Of a DNA stretch of 64,000 nucleotides, positions 10,512 to 22,813 are shown one piece after another. The DNA is from Leidyana gryllorum EB-2025a (Eukaryota; Protista; Apicomplexa): positions 1-64,000 of the forward strand of contig JBLWGC010000217.1 in assembly GCA_048772705.1 (NCBI GenBank). The letters run 5' to 3'. Numbering within the stretch: the first letter of the stretch is position 1; each line of letters starts with the position of its first letter. Made by a program: the position numbers and the translations under genes. The notes beneath the pieces are model-generated. The model had not been told where the DNA came from. It ran no database searches and worked only from the letters and a program-made list of their open reading frames with translations.

Positions 10512-10584
10512 GGCGCTATGGCCTAATGGATATGGCATCGGTCTACGGAACCGGGGATTTTGGGTTCGAGTCCCAGTAGCGTCT
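10512..10584 (+). tRNA. tRNA-Arg-ACG: tRNA-Arg(ACG)
   Basis: Loop CT-ACG-GA, A20 in D-loop. Confidence 0.88.
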
Positions 10585-11444
10585 GGGCGAATGGTGCCGT
10601 GTAGCGTCAACAACTATCAGACGGGCTGGGAATCGAACCCGCTAGACCAAATGGTTCAACCCGCTGGGTACAGTCGAGAAACTCGTATCACTATGTGAAG
10701 TATCACTCAATGCCATGAGGTAGGCATAGAGGGAGGCTAGCCCAGATGATGAAAAGGTAGCTTAGTATACGAAGGGTTCTGGGATCGATTCCCAGCCCAT
10801 CCGAACTACATAGATGGAATTCTCGTCGGAGTAGTCTAGTTGGCCTATCAACGCTCATCAGGTTGAGTAGTAGTTTGCCAATGACCCTCTACTTCCGGTG
10901 GGACGGAATCGAACCGCCGACTATCTGATGCCAGCACTACAGTCAGATGCAAGTCGATCCTCTCACACTCCCACGGTCGGAATCGGCACCGCCGACTAAC
11001 TCATAATATTGCCACCTTCCGATCTGGAATTGGGCGCGCTACCGTTGCGCAATAGACCCAAAATTGTCCACCGACTTCCAGGCTCATTGGTATGTGGGCA
11101 GGGATGGATTTTCAACATTCTCAAACCTTCAGGTCATCTTCAGGGCACGCGCGGAGTTGAACCACGGACTTGCTGATCTGCAGTCAGCTGCTCTACTACT
11201 GAGTTACGTACCCACGAGGCGCCTCTTATACTCGCTCAACTTGCCTCTGTCTTCTCATTCGCAGCAAAACGGCCGTTATTGTTTACGAGCTCTAACAACA
11301 ACATGTTACGCATCTGTGGTCTAGTGGTAGAATGTCTCGTTGCCATCGAGACGACCCGGGTGCGATTCCCGGCAGATGCAGAGGACATAGCACATGGTTG
11401 AGTTTTATGCGTGAGTTGGTTCTGGACTCTCCGATCACATCGCA

Positions 11445-11526
11445 CGACAACTGCTGGATTTGAACCAGCGCGGGCCAGGCCCAGTAGATTTCGAGTCTAC
11501 CCCCTTAACCACTCGGGCAAGTTGCC
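11445..11526 (-). tRNA. tRNA-Ser-CGA: tRNA-Ser(CGA)
   Basis: Ser body, CGA anticodon. Confidence 0.92.
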
Positions 11527-11983
11527 AATCGTCGAACTCGGCATTCCGCAGACAGTGGCTTCACATACGGTTCAGCAAGCTTGACTCGGACCGCTCGCGC
11601 TGCCCGAACCCGCGGTCTCTCCATTGAAAGTCTTGCGCGCTACCGACGGAGCTGGCGCGGCAAGGAAGCTCGCCCTGTACCTGGGAAGGCCCAAGATTCC
11701 ACGATCAATACAAATGGAGGTGGTTACTAAGTCCGAATCTGTATCAGAGATCCACTCACTTGATCACGCCGACATTCCATATCCATATTTTCCAAGACGG
11801 TACGGCTCTCGGCCGAAGCCCCAACTCAACCACTCGTCCACTGTAGTCTAAGTGGCTAGGATATGCGACCTCACCCGCAAGCTCCGGGCTCAAGTCCGGC
11901 AGTGGAAGTCATTGGACCATTCGAGCAAAGTGCTCCAGTAACCTCCGTCAATAGTGACTGACTCGTGATCTTTGGCTTGCATT

Positions 11984-12055
11984 GCCTTCTTAGCTTAGGG
12001 GCAGAGCATTCGCTTAGTAAGCGAAAGGTCGCCGGTTCGATTCCGGCAGAAGGCT
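11984..12055 (+). tRNA. tRNA-Thr-AGT: tRNA-Thr(AGT)
   Basis: Intact cloverleaf. Confidence 0.92.
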
Positions 12056-12104
12056 TTGGTCACGACCCAATCAATTCTATAGCTGTTTCCCTCCTGCGCA
12101 CACT

Positions 12105-12176
12105 TAGCAGTGCGTCGTTTCGATCGACGGACCTTTGGGTTATGAGCCCAACACTCTTCCACTGAGCTACACTGCT
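12105..12176 (-). tRNA. tRNA-iMet-CAT: Initiator tRNA-Met(CAT)
   Basis: A1:T72, three G:C pairs in anticodon stem (TTGGG/CCCAA), GATCGAAA T-loop (A54, A60). Confidence 0.94.
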
Positions 12177-12703
12177 TAGTCTGCAACATGGAAGAGGGAG
12201 CAGGAATGCGATTCTTGAGATGTTAATTGCCTTGAGTGCCGAAGTGGTAACGAGGTGGCTGTGTTACTTCTAAAACTGCTTATCCCATCGGGTCAACCGA
12301 CAACCAAGAGGGCTGTTCTGGGAATTGAACCCAGGACTCCGTCCACCCTAAGGAAGGATCATACCACTTGAACAAACAGCCGCCTGTTGGTCGTGCAACC
12401 CGCTGAGGACAGTTGAGACATACTATGTTGAGAACCAACAAATGCGATGGGGTGTGCACAAGGGACAACTAGCTCAAATAGTAGAGCGCTCGCTTAGCAT
12501 GCGCACTACATGGAAGACCTATTGGATGCAGTGGCTGACCGACTGCCCACACAACGGCTGACAAGAGTGGGATTCGAACCCACGCCCTTTCGGACTGCGG
12601 CCTTAACACAGTGTTTTTGGCTTGCTGCTTCACGCGGTTTTTGTCGATGGAATCTCGAAACTGGTAAGACGTCTGAGACTGAGTGGCGGCGTGTTTGCAA
12701 GCG

Positions 12704-12775
12704 TCCGAGATAGTATAGTGGTTAGTATTTCCGCCTGTCACGCGGAAGACCCGGGTTCGATTCCCGGTCTCGGAG
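12704..12775 (+). tRNA. tRNA-Asp-GTC: tRNA-Asp(GTC)
   Basis: Intact cloverleaf. Confidence 0.93.
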
Positions 12776-13225
12776 CAGTTCCAGCCCTCACAACTGGTGC
12801 AACTCAGATTTTGTCTCAGCTGGCCTGGACTTCATTCGGGATTGTACGAGTGGGAGCCGCGTATAGTAGCCGACCTTGGAGAGACGTGGCATTGAACCCA
12901 GGACTTCTTCCAGCCGAAGAAAGAATCATATAATTAGACCAAACAGCCCCCTATGGGTGCCTCAGGTACTGGCAGGTTCCAAACCTGCGATTCGTGGCTG
13001 AGAGACTTACCTCTGATGGCTGAGCTACGATTATTGGAGTTTGCGAGCAGCTTGCCGGTGCCCAGTCGATGCAGTCCAGCCTTCAGCCGGAATCGAACCG
13101 GCGACTTCTCGCTTACGGAGCGAACGCTCTGCCCCTAAACTAAGAAGCCAATGGAAGCCGGAGATGACGAAACAATCGCTATTGACGGAGATTAGTGGAG
13201 CACTTTGCTAGAGTAGTTCAATGAC

Positions 13226-13298
13226 TTCCACTGCCGGGACTTGAACCCGGATCGTGCGGGTGAAAGCCGCATATCCTAGCCACTTAGACTACAGTGGA
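13226..13298 (-). tRNA. tRNA-Glu-TTC: tRNA-Glu(TTC)
   Basis: Intact cloverleaf. Confidence 0.93.
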
Positions 13299-13379
13299 CG
13301 AGTGGTTGAGTTGGGGCTTCGGCCGAGAGCCGTACCCTCTTGATCTGAGGTGGAGCGTCGGGTCAACCGACAACCAACG

Positions 13380-13451
13380 GGGCTGTTCTGGGAATCGAAC
13401 CCAGGACTTCTTCCACCCGAAGGAAGAATCATACCACTAGACCAAACAGCC
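13380..13451 (-). tRNA. tRNA-Pro-CGG: tRNA-Pro(CGG)
   Basis: GGCTGTT/AACAGCC stem, CTTCC-TT-CGG-GT-GGAAG. Confidence 0.92.
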
Positions 13452-13688
13452 GACTGGTCGGTGGTGCAAATTGCTGGTAGAGTCGGGACACTGGTCATAA
13501 TATGTCAAGAACCACTAAATGCTATGGTGTCTGCAAAGCGGGCGACTAGCTCAAATAACATAGCACTCGCTTAACATGCGAGAGATACTGGGATCGATGC
13601 CCAGGTCGTCCAAGCCTCTAACGGCTGCACCCGTGGTATATGAAAACAGAGTCACGACCGAAGGGAGTTGATGCCCGATCACATCGCA

Positions 13689-13770
13689 CGACAACTGCTG
13701 GATTTGAACCAGCGCGGGCCAGGCCCAGTAGATTTCAAGTCTACCCCCTTAACCACTCGGGCAAGTTGCC
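13689..13770 (-). tRNA. tRNA-Ser-TGA: tRNA-Ser(TGA)
   Basis: GTAGA-CT-TGA-AA-TCTAC. Confidence 0.92.
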
Positions 13771-14686
13771 AACTGTCGAATTCGACATGCCGCGAGGAGT
13801 GACCAAATACCCCCATGTTCAGCCTGTCCTGCGGCATTTATAGGTGTCTAAACTCACCTCTCGCGTGCAAAGTCACCGCTCTACCACTTGAGTAGCTGCC
13901 CACCCGCCAAACCTAGGTGAATTTCCCACCTGAGATCGATCACAGTTTTCTGGCGCCTCATTCGTCAGTGCAACTGTTGTGACTCGTCCACTGTAGTCTA
14001 AGTGGCTAGGATATGCGGCTTTCACCCGCACGATCCGGATTCAAGTCCCGGCAGTGGAAGTCATTAGAGTACTCGATCAAAGTGCTCTTGTGTCAATAGG
14101 GACTGATGCGTGACTCCCGGGTTGTATTGCCTTCTTAGCTTAGGGGCAGAGCATTCGCTTAAGCGAAAGGTTGCCGGTTCGATTCCGGCAGAAGGTTTTG
14201 CTCACAAGCTTAAGCTTTTCGGGCTGGTCTCTCGGGACACAGATGGCTTCGCTGAAGATTCTCTCTTTTAGTTCTCGCTGAACGTCGCGAGCTACAGCCA
14301 CCGAGGACCGAACTCGGGACCTTTTGGGTGTTGAGCAGACGTCGTAACCACTATACCGTTGACTGCATGAATGGGCCCCGCAGCCCAAGAGGAGTGGCGA
14401 AGTTTTACGCAGCAGTGAAGACCAGTTCCAAGGTCGCGCCGGAAATCGAACCCAGGTCGGGAGATTCAGAGTCTCCAGTGCTAACCACTCACCACGCAAC
14501 CGCTTCAGCCCATCCCAGAAGAGTCGGTAGAACTATCCGGACTAGCCCTTTCTCAAATGAACACACGCAACACGAGTCTCTCTACTGACCGCTGAAATAA
14601 TTAATTGGCTCCTGTATATAGCGCCCAGCGTAGAGCGTTCTATTTGAGTCGGACAATCATTGAAGCACGCTCTCCGCGAATGCTAC

Positions 14687-14768
14687 CGACAAGGGTGAGA
14701 TTCGAACTCACGCGGGTGGAACCCAACGGCTTAGCAGGCCGCCGCCTTAACCGCTCGGCCACCTTGCC
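14687..14768 (-). tRNA. tRNA-Ser-GCT: tRNA-Ser(GCT)
   Basis: Intact cloverleaf. Confidence 0.9.
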
Positions 14769-15193
14769 GAGAGTGTAACTGATTACATCCTCCCTCGGGA
14801 AGGAAACGAATCGGCGACCTTTCGCTTACTAAGCGAATGCTCCCCTAAGCTAAGAAAGCAATACAGGCCGCAGATCACGAATGAGTCACTGTTGACGGGG
14901 ATTACTGGAGCACTTCGCTCAAGTAGCTTCCACTGCCGGGACTTGAACCCGGATCATGCGGGTGAGAGCCGCATATCCTAGCCACTTAGACTACAGTGGA
15001 CAACTTCTTCAGCTGCAGCTTTGGACGAAAGCCGTACCATCTCGAGATGAGATCTTTTTGCACTTCCCCAGATTTGAAACCGCCTCGTATCGAGCGCGCC
15101 TCGTCTCAATGGCACGGAAACATTCGAGCCCTTGACCGCATTTATTTCCAGTCCCAATGGCTTCACTCACTCTTTTGAATCTTGGTCGTGAAT

Positions 15194-15265
15194 GGTTCCG
15201 TGTCGTAGTGGTTAGCACTGGAGACTTTGAATCTCCCGACCTCGGTTCGATTCCCGGCGGGACCT
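15194..15265 (+). tRNA. tRNA-Gln-TTG: tRNA-Gln(TTG)
   Basis: GGTTCCG/CGGGACC stem, loop CT-TTG-AA; D- and T-stem changes. Confidence 0.72.
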
Positions 15266-15329
15266 CGCAACTAGTCATCACTACGTCTTTAAACTTCGCA
15301 ACTTCTCTTGGTCTGCGGAAAGCTTTCAT

Positions 15330-15402
15330 GCAGCCATGGTCTAGTGGTTACGACGTCTGCTTAACACGCAGAAGGTCCCGAGTTCGATCCTCGGTGGCTG
15401 TA
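15330..15402 (+). tRNA. tRNA-Val-AAC: tRNA-Val(AAC)
   Basis: Intact cloverleaf. Confidence 0.92.
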
Positions 15403-15562
15403 GCTCGAACATGTGAAGTGAGCTCCACCCAAAGCGAGGAAACGTGCTGTCTTCGAGACAGGGCATCGAACCCGCGTCTTCCGCGTCTTCAACCCTAGAA
15501 GTCTTCCTTCTCGAGAACTTCACGGACAAAAACCGCGTGGAGCGACGAACCAACAAGACTGC

Positions 15563-15642
15563 GGCAAGATGGCCGAGTGGTCTAAGGCGCTGTGTTCAGG
15601 CCGCAGTCCGAAAGGGCGTGGGTTCGAATCCCACTCTTGTCA
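15563..15642 (+). tRNA. tRNA-Leu-CAG: tRNA-Leu(CAG)
   Basis: Intact, long variable arm. Confidence 0.93.
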
Positions 15643-15929
15643 GCCCGAACGGTAAAGCGCTCGCTGCGCATGGGTCGGTACCCAGGTCGTCCAATCTTAC
15701 CGGAACTCGAGTTTGGCACCGCGGAGCACCCCGGATCTGCTTCCACAGAGAGGAAACGCGTGGTTGGCGGGAGCGTCACCGAGCTGACAACATGGCCGAG
15801 TGGTCTGAGGGCACGTGCGCAAGCCGCGGTCCGAATGGGCGTTGGTTCGAATCCCACTCTTGTCAGTCGTTGAATAGGCAGTCGGTCCCCTAAGTTCACT
15901 GATAGACCGTCGTTCAAGCTACATACGGC

Positions 15930-16000
15930 TGCACCTGCCGGGACTCGAACCCGGGTTACGACCTTGGAAGGGTCGCATCTTACCCTTAGACCACAAGTGC
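15930..16000 (-). tRNA. tRNA-Gly-TCC: tRNA-Gly(TCC)
   Basis: CGACC-CT-TCC-AA-GGTCG; the only intact copy I saw. Confidence 0.92.
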
Positions 16001-16223
16001 ATTTGCGAAAGAGCCGCAGCACCCCGAGAGATTCGGGCGATTTCTGCGTCGAGCTGTCTGCAACCTACAAAAAACGGACTGTTCGGGAATCGAATCGAAC
16101 ACTCCCCCAGGCGAGGGAAGAATATACCACTAGCACTTCAACTCGACATGGGCGGCAGTGGCTGCCCATACAGCTAGCAAGCTTGCCTCGGCCAAAACGG
16201 AACGGATTCCGAGTGAGAGGCTG

Positions 16224-16296
16224 TGGTGCGGATGGAACTCGAACCCACAACTCCCGGTTCCGAAGACCGATGCCCTATCCATCAGGCCACCGCACC
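16224..16296 (-). tRNA. tRNA-Arg-TCG: tRNA-Arg(TCG)
   Basis: Loop CT-TCG-GA. Confidence 0.8.
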
Positions 16297-16806
16297 ATGG
16301 ATAAGCTTCGGTCATCTCGATACTGGTTGGGTGAAAGGAGTATTTGATCTCAAAACCTCCCCCAAACCGTTGTTAAAAGTGCAGCGAGTAAGACATGTCG
16401 CTGCCAACCTCGGGCCGGCACGGACGCGGCGCATTCTGATACTCGATGTGACGACCTCTTTGCCTCGCCGGCGGATCGAACACGGAACTTCCAAGTCTTG
16501 TCTAGCGCTCTCTAACTGAGCTTCCTGCGCGCGAGAAAGTCATGGAGCGCGGTGAAGATGAGTGACCCACCGCATGTGCGAGCCAGTCTTGCCAAACCGT
16601 ATGTGAAGCCGCTGGCCGCAAAATGCCGAGCTCGACAGATGGCAACTGGCCCGAGTGCTCAAGGTCTGAGTATGCACGCGGTCGGCCTCAATGTGGCGCC
16701 TGACTTTGCCAGCCTGTAACCCTGCACACCCCATAGCATTTAGTGGTTCTTGACATGTTATGACCAGTCTGCCGACTCTACCAGCAATTTGCACCACCGA
16801 TCAGTC

Positions 16807-16878
16807 GGCTGTTTGGTCTAGTGGTATGATCCTTCCTTAGGGTGGAAGGAGTCCTGGGTTCGATTCCCAGAACAGCCC
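16807..16878 (+). tRNA. tRNA-Pro-AGG: tRNA-Pro(AGG)
   Basis: CTTCC-TT-AGG-GT-GGAAG. Confidence 0.92.
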
Positions 16879-17759
16879 TCTTGGTCGTCGGTTACCCGAC
16901 GGGACAAGTTGCCCTCAGAACCAACACAGCCACCTCGTTGGTCCACCTCCGTAGGGCAGTCACGGCAACTAACATCTAGAGAATCGCATTTCGGCTAAGT
17001 CGACGACCTTGGAAAGGGGTTCCAAGAGCACAAACGCATCTTTCAGGTGAGCATCACGAAATCTAGAGCGGAAGACGACCTATCTCCGAGACCAGGAATC
17101 AAACCCGGGTCTTCCGCGTGACAGGCGGAAATACTAGCCACTACACTATCTCGGCCGCTCTGAACACGCCGGCCTCCAACCCAAAAGGTTCTTCCATTTT
17201 GTTGTGCTAGTGGTATGATTCTTCATTCGGGTGCAAGAAGTCCTGGGTTCGGTTCCCAGAACAGCCCCGTTGGTCGTCGGTTGACCCGACGCTCCACCTC
17301 ATCTCAAGATGGTACGGCTCTCATCCGAAGCCTCAGCTCGGGCGCTCGTCCACTGTAGTACAAGTGGCTAGGATATGCGGATTTCACCCGCACGATCCGG
17401 GTTCAAGTCCCGGCAGTGGAAGTCATTGAACTGCTCGAGCAAAGTGCTCCAGTAATCTCCGTCAATAGTGACTCTTTCGTTATCTCCGCCCTGTATTGCC
17501 TTCTTAGCTTAGGGGCAGAGCATTCGCTTAGTAAGCGAAAGGCCGCCGGTTCGATTCCGGCAGAAGGCTCGACTCCATCCACTGGGCACCTGCAAGCTTA
17601 TCGCAAACTCCAATGATCGTAGCTGAGCCTCGTAGCTCAGCCATCAGAGGGTAAATCTCTTAGCCACGAAGCCGCAGGTTTGGAACCTGCCAGCACCTGA
17701 GGCACCCATAGGGGGCTGTTTGGTCTAGTTATATGATTCTTCTTTCGGGTGGAAGAAGT

Positions 17760-18370
17760 CCTGGGTTCGATTCCCAGAACAGCCCGCTTTGTTGTATCTT
17801 GACCCAACCTGCCTGACAGCATGGTTCTGGGTTCGGGTGATTCTTCGGAGACAGTCGGGGGAGAGTGTAGCGCAGTCGGTAGCGCGTAGGTCTCATAATC
17901 CTGAAGTCGAGAGTTCGATCCTCTCCACTCCCAGGGTCGGAATCGAAATCGCCGACAAACTCATCATGCTATCGTTTTGCATCTCTCGGGAATCGCACAC
18001 GGGTTATCTTGATGGCAGCGAGAGACTCTTCCACTAGACCACAGATGCAGAACACGATCCTGTTGACTCTTGTACCTGGTGACAGCCATTCTTTATAAGT
18101 CTATCGATGCATCAAAGCCTTCTGCCGGAATCGAGCCGGCGCCTTCTCGCTTACGAAGCAAACGCTCTGCCCCTAAGCTTCGAAGGCAATGTAAGTTGGA
18201 GATAACGAAACGATGGCTACTGACGGAAATTAGTGGAGCACTTTGCTCGAGTACTTCAATGACTTCCACTGCCGGGACTTGAACCCGGATCGTGCGGGTG
18301 AAAGCCGCATATCCTAGCCACTTAGACTACAGTGGACAAGTGCTCGAGTTTAGGCTTCGGCCGAGAGCCG
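17760..18370 (+). repeat. ~0.6-kb block, inverted repeat of ~24815-25425
   Basis: Pro-Met-Gly*-Thr*-Glu sharing private variants such as the Thr allele GCCTTCGAAGCTT. Confidence 0.88.
18264..18336 (-). tRNA. tRNA-Glu-TTC: tRNA-Glu(TTC)
   Basis: Intact cloverleaf. Confidence 0.93.
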
Positions 18371-18884
18371 AACCGTCTCGGAATTCCACCATCAATACGA
18401 CTGGAATTTGTTACCAAGTCCGAGCTTTCTTGCCGCCCCAACTCCGTCAGTAGAGTGCAAGACTTTTGAAGGGAGAACCGCGGGTTCGGGCGGCGCGAGC
18501 AGTCCTAGTAAAGCTTGCTGAACCGTATGTGAAGCCACTGGCCGCAAAATGCCAAGTTCGACAACGGCAACTTGCCCGAGTGGTTAAGGGGGTAGACTCG
18601 AAATCTACTGGGCCGGGCCCGCGCTGGTTCAAATCCAGCAGTTGTCCTGCGATGTGATCGGGCATCAACTCCCTTCGGTCGAGACTCTGTTTTCATATAC
18701 CGCGGGTGCAGCCGTTAGAGGCTTGGACGACCTGGGCATCGATCCCAGTATCTCTCGCATGTTAAGCGAGTGCTATGTCATTTCAGCTAGTGGCCCGCTT
18801 TGCAGACACCATAGCATTTAGTGGTTCTTGACATATTATGACCAGTGTCCCGACTCTACCAGCAATTTGCACCACCGACAAGTC

Positions 18885-18956
18885 GGCTGTTTGGTCTAGT
18901 GGTATGATTCTTCCTTTGGGTGGAAGAAGTCCTGGGTTCGATTCCCAGAACAGCCC
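18885..18956 (+). tRNA. tRNA-Pro-TGG: tRNA-Pro(TGG)
   Basis: CTTCC-TT-TGG-GT-GGAAG. Confidence 0.92.
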
Positions 18957-19942
18957 GTCTGTCAGTTGTTGACTCAATACGTCACGTCTCTTCAAGGTTG
19001 TCTAAGATATGCTGCTCCGACAGCTGAGACAAGATTTGAGTTGTATATGCATGGAATCTTCGCCAGATTCATTCCAGTTGGCCCATCAACGATGCCTGCA
19101 AAACCCATCAGGTTGAGTAGTAGTCTGCCAACCACCACTCTACTTCCGGTGGGACGGAATCGAACAGCCGACTATCTGATGCCAGCACTACAGTCAGATG
19201 CTCTGCCAACTGAGCTACCCCGGGTCGTCCAACTGCTGCGAGATTCGAAGGCTCAACCTCAGACCCTCAACAGTGGCGCTCTCAAGCTCAGAAGTACGGC
19301 ACGGATTTCGGGGTGGTCCAAGGTGCCAGACTCGAGTTCCGGTAAGATTGCACGAGCTGGGTACCACTGATTTCCAAGACGGTACAGCTCTAGGCCGAAG
19401 GCTGAGCTCGGGGGCTTGTTCACTGTAGTCTAAGTGGCTAGGATATGCGGCTTTCACCCGCACGATCCGGGTTCAAGTCCCGGCAGTGGAAGTCACTGAA
19501 GTACTCGAGCAAATTACTCCAGTAATCTCCGTCAATAGTGACTGATTCGTGATCTCCAGCTAGCATTGCCTTCTTAGCGTAGGGGCAGAGCATTCGCTTC
19601 GTAAGCGAGAAGTCGCCGGTTCGATTCCGGCTGAAGGCTCGACTGCATCGACTGGGCACCGGCAAGCTGCTCGCAAACTCCAATAATCGTAGCTCAGCCA
19701 TCAGAGGTAAGTCTCTCAGCCACGAAGTCGCAGGTTTAGAACCTGCCAGTACCTGAGGCACCCACAGGGGGCTGTTTGGTCTAGTTATATAATTCTTTCT
19801 TCGGCTGGAAGAAGTCCTGGGTTCAATGCCACGTCTCTCCAAGGTCGGCTACTATACGCGGCTCCCACTCGTACAATCCCGAATGAAGTCCAGACCAGCT
19901 GAGACAAAATCTGAGTTGCACCAGTTGTGAGGGCTGGAACTG

Positions 19943-20014
19943 CTCCGAGACCGGGAATCGAACCCGGGTCTTCCGCGTGACAGGCGGAAATACTGACCAC
20001 TATACTATCTCGGA
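19943..20014 (-). tRNA. tRNA-Asp-GTC: tRNA-Asp(GTC)
   Basis: Intact cloverleaf. Confidence 0.92.
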
Positions 20015-20176
20015 CGCTAGTAAACACGCCGGCCTCCAACCCCAGAACTCCTCGCATTTTGAAATTTCACGGACAGGAAACGGGTAACACTTCGGCAAGA
20101 TGGCCGAGTGCTGTGTGCAAGTCGCCGTCCGAAAATGCGGGCGGATGATCGCAACCATGTTTAGGCTAATGATTGA

Positions 20177-20248
20177 AGCCTCCTGCCGGAATCGAACCAG
20201 CGACCTTTCGCTTACAAAGCGAATGCTCTGCCCCTAAGCTAAGGAGGC
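20177..20248 (-). tRNA. tRNA-Thr-TGT: tRNA-Thr(TGT)
   Basis: GCCTCCT/AGGAGGC stem (compensatory versus AGT/CGT copies), loop TT-TGT-AA. Confidence 0.9.
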
Positions 20249-20312
20249 ATTCCCTGTCTCGACCCATATGAGTTTTTGATGCTGGGAATTGCATCATTTC
20301 CACCACATCGCA

Positions 20313-20394
20313 CGACAACTGCTGGATTTGAACCAGCGCGGGCCAGGCCCAGTAGATTTCGAGTCTACCCCCTTAACCACTCGGGCAAGTTGCC
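20313..20394 (-). tRNA. tRNA-Ser-CGA: tRNA-Ser(CGA)
   Basis: Intact cloverleaf. Confidence 0.92.
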
Positions 20395-20503
20395 ACCTGT
20401 CGAACTCGGCATTTTGCGGCCAGTGATGTCACATACGGTTCAGCAAGCTTGACTAGGACCCCAAACCGTTGTGAAAAAGTGCCAGCGAGTAAGAGATGTC
20501 GTC

Positions 20504-20585
20504 GGCAAGGTGGCCGAGTGGTTAAGGCGGCGGCCTGCTAAGCCGTTGGGTTCCACCCGCGTGAGTTCGAATCTCACCCTTGTCG
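20504..20585 (+). tRNA. tRNA-Ser-GCT: tRNA-Ser(GCT)
   Basis: Intact cloverleaf. Confidence 0.92.
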
Positions 20586-21003
20586 GTAGCATTCGGGGAG
20601 AGCGCAACTGGTTGAATGATTGAACTAAGGTTTTTGCCCGACTCGAATCCAACTCTTTACGCTGGGGCCTGTATACAAGACCCGTGTTGCATGTGTCCAG
20701 TTGAGGAAGCGCTAGTCCGACTCTTCTGGGATGGGCTGAACCAGTTGCGTCCTTGGTGGTTAGCACTCGACACTTTGGATTTTCCGACCTGGGTTCGATC
20801 CCGGCGCGACCCTTGAACTGGTCCTCACTACTCCCTGAAGCTTCGCCACTTCTCGTGGGCTGCGGGGACCATCCATGCAGCCATGGTCTAGTGGTTACGA
20901 CGTCTGCTTAACACGCGAAGGTCCCGAGTTCGATCCTCGGTGGCTGTAGCTCGAAACTTTCAGCGGGCACCAAAAAAGACAATCTTAAGCGAGATCAAAT
21001 GTG

Positions 21004-21075
21004 CTCCGAGACCGGGAATCGAACACGGGTCTTCCGCGTGCCAGGCGGAAATACTAACCACTATACTATCTCGGA
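21004..21075 (-). pseudogene. tRNA-Asp body with GGC (Ala) anticodon
   Basis: Loop CT-GGC-AC plus a T-stem mismatch. Confidence 0.7.
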
Positions 21076-21270
21076 CGCTCCGAACACACCGGCCTGAAAC
21101 CCCAAAAGTCCTTCCATCTTGAGATTCCAGGGATAGAAAACGCGTGGAGCGATGAACCAACAACACTGTGGCAAGATGGCCGAGATGTCTGAGGCGCTGT
21201 GCTAAGACCGCAGTCCGAAAGGGCGAGGATCTCGGGTTGAGCCTTTCGGACCCCCGGAGCAGTTGGACGG

Positions 21271-21350
21271 CCGGGGGTTGCTCAGTTGGTAGAGCATCTG
21301 ACTGTAGTGCTGGCATCAGATAGTCGGCGGTTCGATTCCGTCCCACCGGA
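21271..21350 (+). tRNA. tRNA-Tyr-GTA: tRNA-Tyr(GTA) with 7-nt intron
   Basis: TCTGA-CT-GTA-G-[TGCTGGC]-A-TCAGA, C1:G72, A73. Confidence 0.85.
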
Positions 21351-21592
21351 AGTAGAGTGGTGATTGGCAAAGTACTAGACAGCGTTGATAGGCCAACCAG
21401 ACTACTCTGGCGAGGGTTCCATCTATGTAGTTCGGATGGGCTGAGAATCGATCCCGGAACCTTTCGTATACCAAGCACCGTTTCATCATCTGGGCTAGCC
21501 TCCCTCTGTGCCTACCTCATGGCATTGAGTGATACTCCACATAGTGAGACGAGTCTCTCGACTGCACCCAACGGATTGCACCACCGACAGGC

Positions 21593-21664
21593 GGCTGTTT
21601 GGTCTAGTGGTATGATTCTTCCTTCGGGTGGAAGAAGTCCTGGGTTCGATTCCCAGAACAGCCC
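21593..21664 (+). tRNA. tRNA-Pro-CGG: tRNA-Pro(CGG)
   Basis: Intact cloverleaf. Confidence 0.92.
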
Positions 21665-22469
21665 TCTTGGTCGTCGGTTGACCTGACGGGACAAGTTGCC
21701 CTCAGAACCAATACAGCCACCTCGTTAGCCCACTTCCGTACGCCAGTCTGCACCCTACTAAAAAACGGACTGTTCGGGAATCGAATTGAGCACTTCCTCC
21801 AAGTGGAGGAAAATTATATCACGAGCACTTCAATTCGACATGCGCAGCAGTGGCCCCCATACAGCTAGCAAGCTTGCCTCGGTCGAAACGGAACGTCTTC
21901 CGCGTGCGAGGCTATGATGCGGATGGCCATATCCATTAGGCCACCGCACCATAGACAAGCTTTGGTCATCTCGGAAGCTTGTCCACTGTAGTCTAAGTGG
22001 CTAGGATATGCGGCTTTCACCCGCACGATCCGGGTTCAAGTCCCGGCAGTGGAAGTTACTCGAGCAAAGTGCTCCAGTAATCCCCGTCAATAGTAACTGA
22101 TTCGTGATCTTCGGCTTGTAATGCCGTCTTAGCTTAGGGGCAGATCATTCGCTTAGTCGCCGGTTCGATTCCGGCAGAAGGCTTGCTCACGAGCTCAAGC
22201 TTTTCTGGCTGGTCTCTCAGGTCTCGATAACCACCTGAGAGGGCTGCAAAATTCTTCGGTAGAAGATGAAGGATCTCTCTACTAACCTCTGAAAGATTGT
22301 CACTGGGTCTGGTAGCTCAGTCGGCAGAGCGTGTGGCTGTTAACCACAAAGTCGCAGGTTCGAAACCTACCAGGACCGGGTTCTGCGGCACCGTACTCTC
22401 TAGACGGCACTTGTGCTCTTGGACCCTTCCAAGGTCGTTAAAATAGCGGCAGTTGAAAACTACGAAGTT

Positions 22470-22542
22470 TGGACGACCTGGGCATCGATCCCAGTACCTC
22501 TCGCATGCTAAGCGAGCGCTCTACCATTTGAGCTAGTCGCCC
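22470..22542 (-). tRNA. tRNA-Ala-AGC: tRNA-Ala(AGC)
   Basis: Loop TT-AGC-AT, G3:T70. Confidence 0.93.
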
Positions 22543-22740
22543 GTTGTGCAGACCCCATCGCATTTTTTTGTTCTCACCACCGTATGACCACTCTCTCGAC
22601 TGTATTCAGCGGGTTTCACGACCGAGAGGCGGCTGATTGGTCTAGTGGTATGATTCTTCCTTTGGGTGGAAGGAGTCGTGGCTTCGATTCCCAGAACAGC
22701 CCGTCTGATAGTTGTTGACGCAACAGGCTGCAATTCGCCC

Positions 22741-22813
22741 AGACGCTACTGGGACTCGAGCCCAGAATCCCCGGTTCCGTAGACCGATGCCATATCCATT
22801 AGGCCATAGCGCC
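22741..22813 (-). tRNA. tRNA-Arg-ACG: tRNA-Arg(ACG)
   Basis: Arg body, ACG anticodon, T54C variant. Confidence 0.8.

Larger units (their letters stand above)
11440..12350 (+). repeat. ~0.9-kb block, inverted repeat of ~57395-58300
   Basis: Ser-Lys*-Glu-Thr-iMet-Pro with shared spacers such as GACATTCCATATCCATATTTTCC. Confidence 0.85.
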
